From positions 1,408,001 to 1,472,000 of the forward strand of contig CM000154.2 of NCBI GenBank assembly GCA_000004695.1: a stretch of DNA of 64,000 bases, in the 5' to 3' direction. Below are positions 62,619 to 64,000 of the stretch, piece after piece. The notes below the pieces were generated by a model that made no database searches, was not told the DNA's origin, and saw only the letters and a program-made list of their open reading frames with translations. How positions within the stretch are numbered: the first letter of the stretch is position 1; every line of letters starts with the position of its first letter. This stretch comes from Dictyostelium discoideum. Its lineage: Eukaryota. Both the position numbers and the translations under genes were made by a program.

Positions 62619-64000
62619 ATGGTTAATTTCACAATCGATCAAATTCGTGCCATTATGGACCGTCGTGAAAATATCAGAAATATGTCTGTTATTGCTCATG
62701 TCGATCACGGTAAAACCACTTTATCAGATTCTTTAATCCAAAGAGCTGGTATTATTGCCGATAAAGTTTCTGGTGATATGAGATATATGTCATGTCGTGC
62801 TGATGAACAAGAGCGTGGTATCACCATTAAATCTTCATCTGTATCACTTCACTTCGAAATGCCAAAGGAAGACAAATTACCAGCTGGTTGTACTTCACAC
62901 GAATTTTTAATCAATCTTATCGATTCCCCAGGTCACGTTGATTTCAGTTCAGAAGTAACTGCTGCCCTCCGTGTTACTGATGGTGCTTTAGTCGTTATCG
63001 ATTGCGTCGAAGGTGTTTGCGTACAAACCGAAACTGTATTACGTCAAGCCGTCGCTGAACGTATCAAACCAGTCTTATTCGTCAACAAAGTCGATCGTTT
63101 CTTATTAGAACTCCAATTAAACACTGAAGAAGCTTATCTCTCTTTCCGTAGAGCTATTGAATCCGTCAATGTCATTGTTGGTAACACTGAAGATAAGGAA
63201 TTCGGTGATGTCACTGTATCCCCAGAAAAAGGTACCGTCGCTTTCGGTTCTGGTCTCCACGGTTGGGGTTTCACCTTAGGTCGTTTCGCTAAATTATACG
63301 CTGCTAAATTTGGTGTCCCAGAAGATAAATTAATGGGTCGTTTATGGGGTGACAGCTATTTCGATGCTACCGCCAAGAAATGGACTTCCAATCCACAATC
63401 TGCCGATGGTAAAGCCTTACCAAGAGCTTTCTGTCAATTCGTTCTCGAACCAATCTACCAATTAACCAGAGCCATCGTTGATGAAGATGCCGTCAAACTC
63501 GAAAAGATGATGAAGACTCTCCAAATCACTTTAGCCCCAGAAGATGCTGAAATCAAAGGTAAACAATTAGTTAAAGCCGTCATGAGAAAATTCCTTCCAG
63601 CCGCCGATGCTATTTTATCTATGATTGTCACCCATTTACCATCACCATTAGTTGCCCAAAAGTACCGTTGTGCCAATCTCTATGAAGGTCCAATGGACGA
63701 TGAATGTGCCGTCGCCATTCAAAAATGTGATCCAAACGGTCCATTAATGATGTACGTATCAAAGATGGTTCCAACCTCTGATAAAGGTCGTTTCTATGCT
63801 TTCGGTCGTGTCTTCTCAGGTATCATCCGTACCGGTCAAAAGGTCAGAATTATGGGTGTCAACTACGTCCCAGGTAAGAAAGACGATTTATTCTTAAAAT
63901 CCATCCAACGTACCGTTCTTATGATGGGTAGAAAGACTGAACAAATTGAAGATTGTCCATGTGGTAACATTGTTGGTTTAGTCGGTGTCGATCAATTCCT
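62619..64000 (+). CDS. efbA: Elongation factor 2 (EF-2), N-terminal 460 residues. The CDS continues past the window end.
   Basis: [77 protein letters not shown]...[46 protein letters not shown]...[13 protein letters not shown].... Colinear with eukaryotic EF-2 (G1-G4 GTPase motifs). G+C content is markedly higher and codon bias is strong (GGT, CGT, ATC, TTC), as expected of a highly expressed gene. Confidence 0.95.
   Translation, partial: MVNFTIDQIRAIMDRRENIRNMSVIAHVDHGKTTLSDSLIQRAGIIADKVSGDMRYMSCRADEQERGITIKSSSVSLHFEMPKEDKLPAGCTSHEFLINLIDSPGHVDFSSEVTAALRVTDGALVVIDCVEGVCVQTETVLRQAVAERIKPVLFVNKVDRFLLELQLNTEEAYLSFRRAIESVNVIVGNTEDKEFGDVTVSPEKGTVAFGSGLHGWGFTLGRFAKLYAAKFGVPEDKLMGRLWGDSYFDATAKKWTSNPQSADGKALPRAFCQFVLEPIYQLTRAIVDEDAVKLEKMMKTLQITLAPEDAEIKGKQLVKAVMRKFLPAADAILSMIVTHLPSPLVAQKYRCANLYEGPMDDECAVAIQKCDPNGPLMMYVSKMVPTSDKGRFYAFGRVFSGIIRTGQKVRIMGVNYVPGKKDDLFLKSIQRTVLMMGRKTEQIEDCPCGNIVGLVGVDQF

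Overview
The window is AT-rich (about 78% A+T) nuclear DNA with the hallmarks of Dictyostelium discoideum. Intergenic regions carry long oligo(dT)/oligo(dA) runs and CA-rich initiator-like stretches. Coding regions carry (AAT)n/(CAA)n microsatellites that give poly-N and poly-Q. Introns are short, AT-rich, and bounded by GTAAGT/GTATGT donors and AG acceptors. Codon bias favours A/T at third positions. I can support about 24 protein-coding genes. Most of them needed manual splicing beyond the ORF track. Recognised genes are ARPC5 (arcE), a Cdc34-type E2, Nop10, AMPK gamma, ribosomal protein L35, inositol-pentakisphosphate 2-kinase, kinesin-5, GOLPH3/Vps74, a THOC5 homologue, LIS1, a FAM98-family protein, and EF-2 running off the 3' edge. 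There is also a roughly 2800-residue Roco-family gene with the order DH-PH-LRR-Roc-COR-kinase, two paralogous DH-PH RhoGEF genes, a gene that fuses a ubiquitin-like domain, a vWA domain and a UBC (E2) core, and an EGF-like secreted-protein gene broken by a frameshift. I found no rRNA, no convincing tRNA, no CRISPR array and no transposon ORFs (no reverse transcriptase, integrase or transposase). The two items I rate highest are the Ubl-vWA-UBC fusion gene and a roughly 180-bp GC-rich non-coding island, a candidate structured small RNA that I could not assign to a known RNA family. Exon coordinates were counted by eye and may be off by 1-2 nt.
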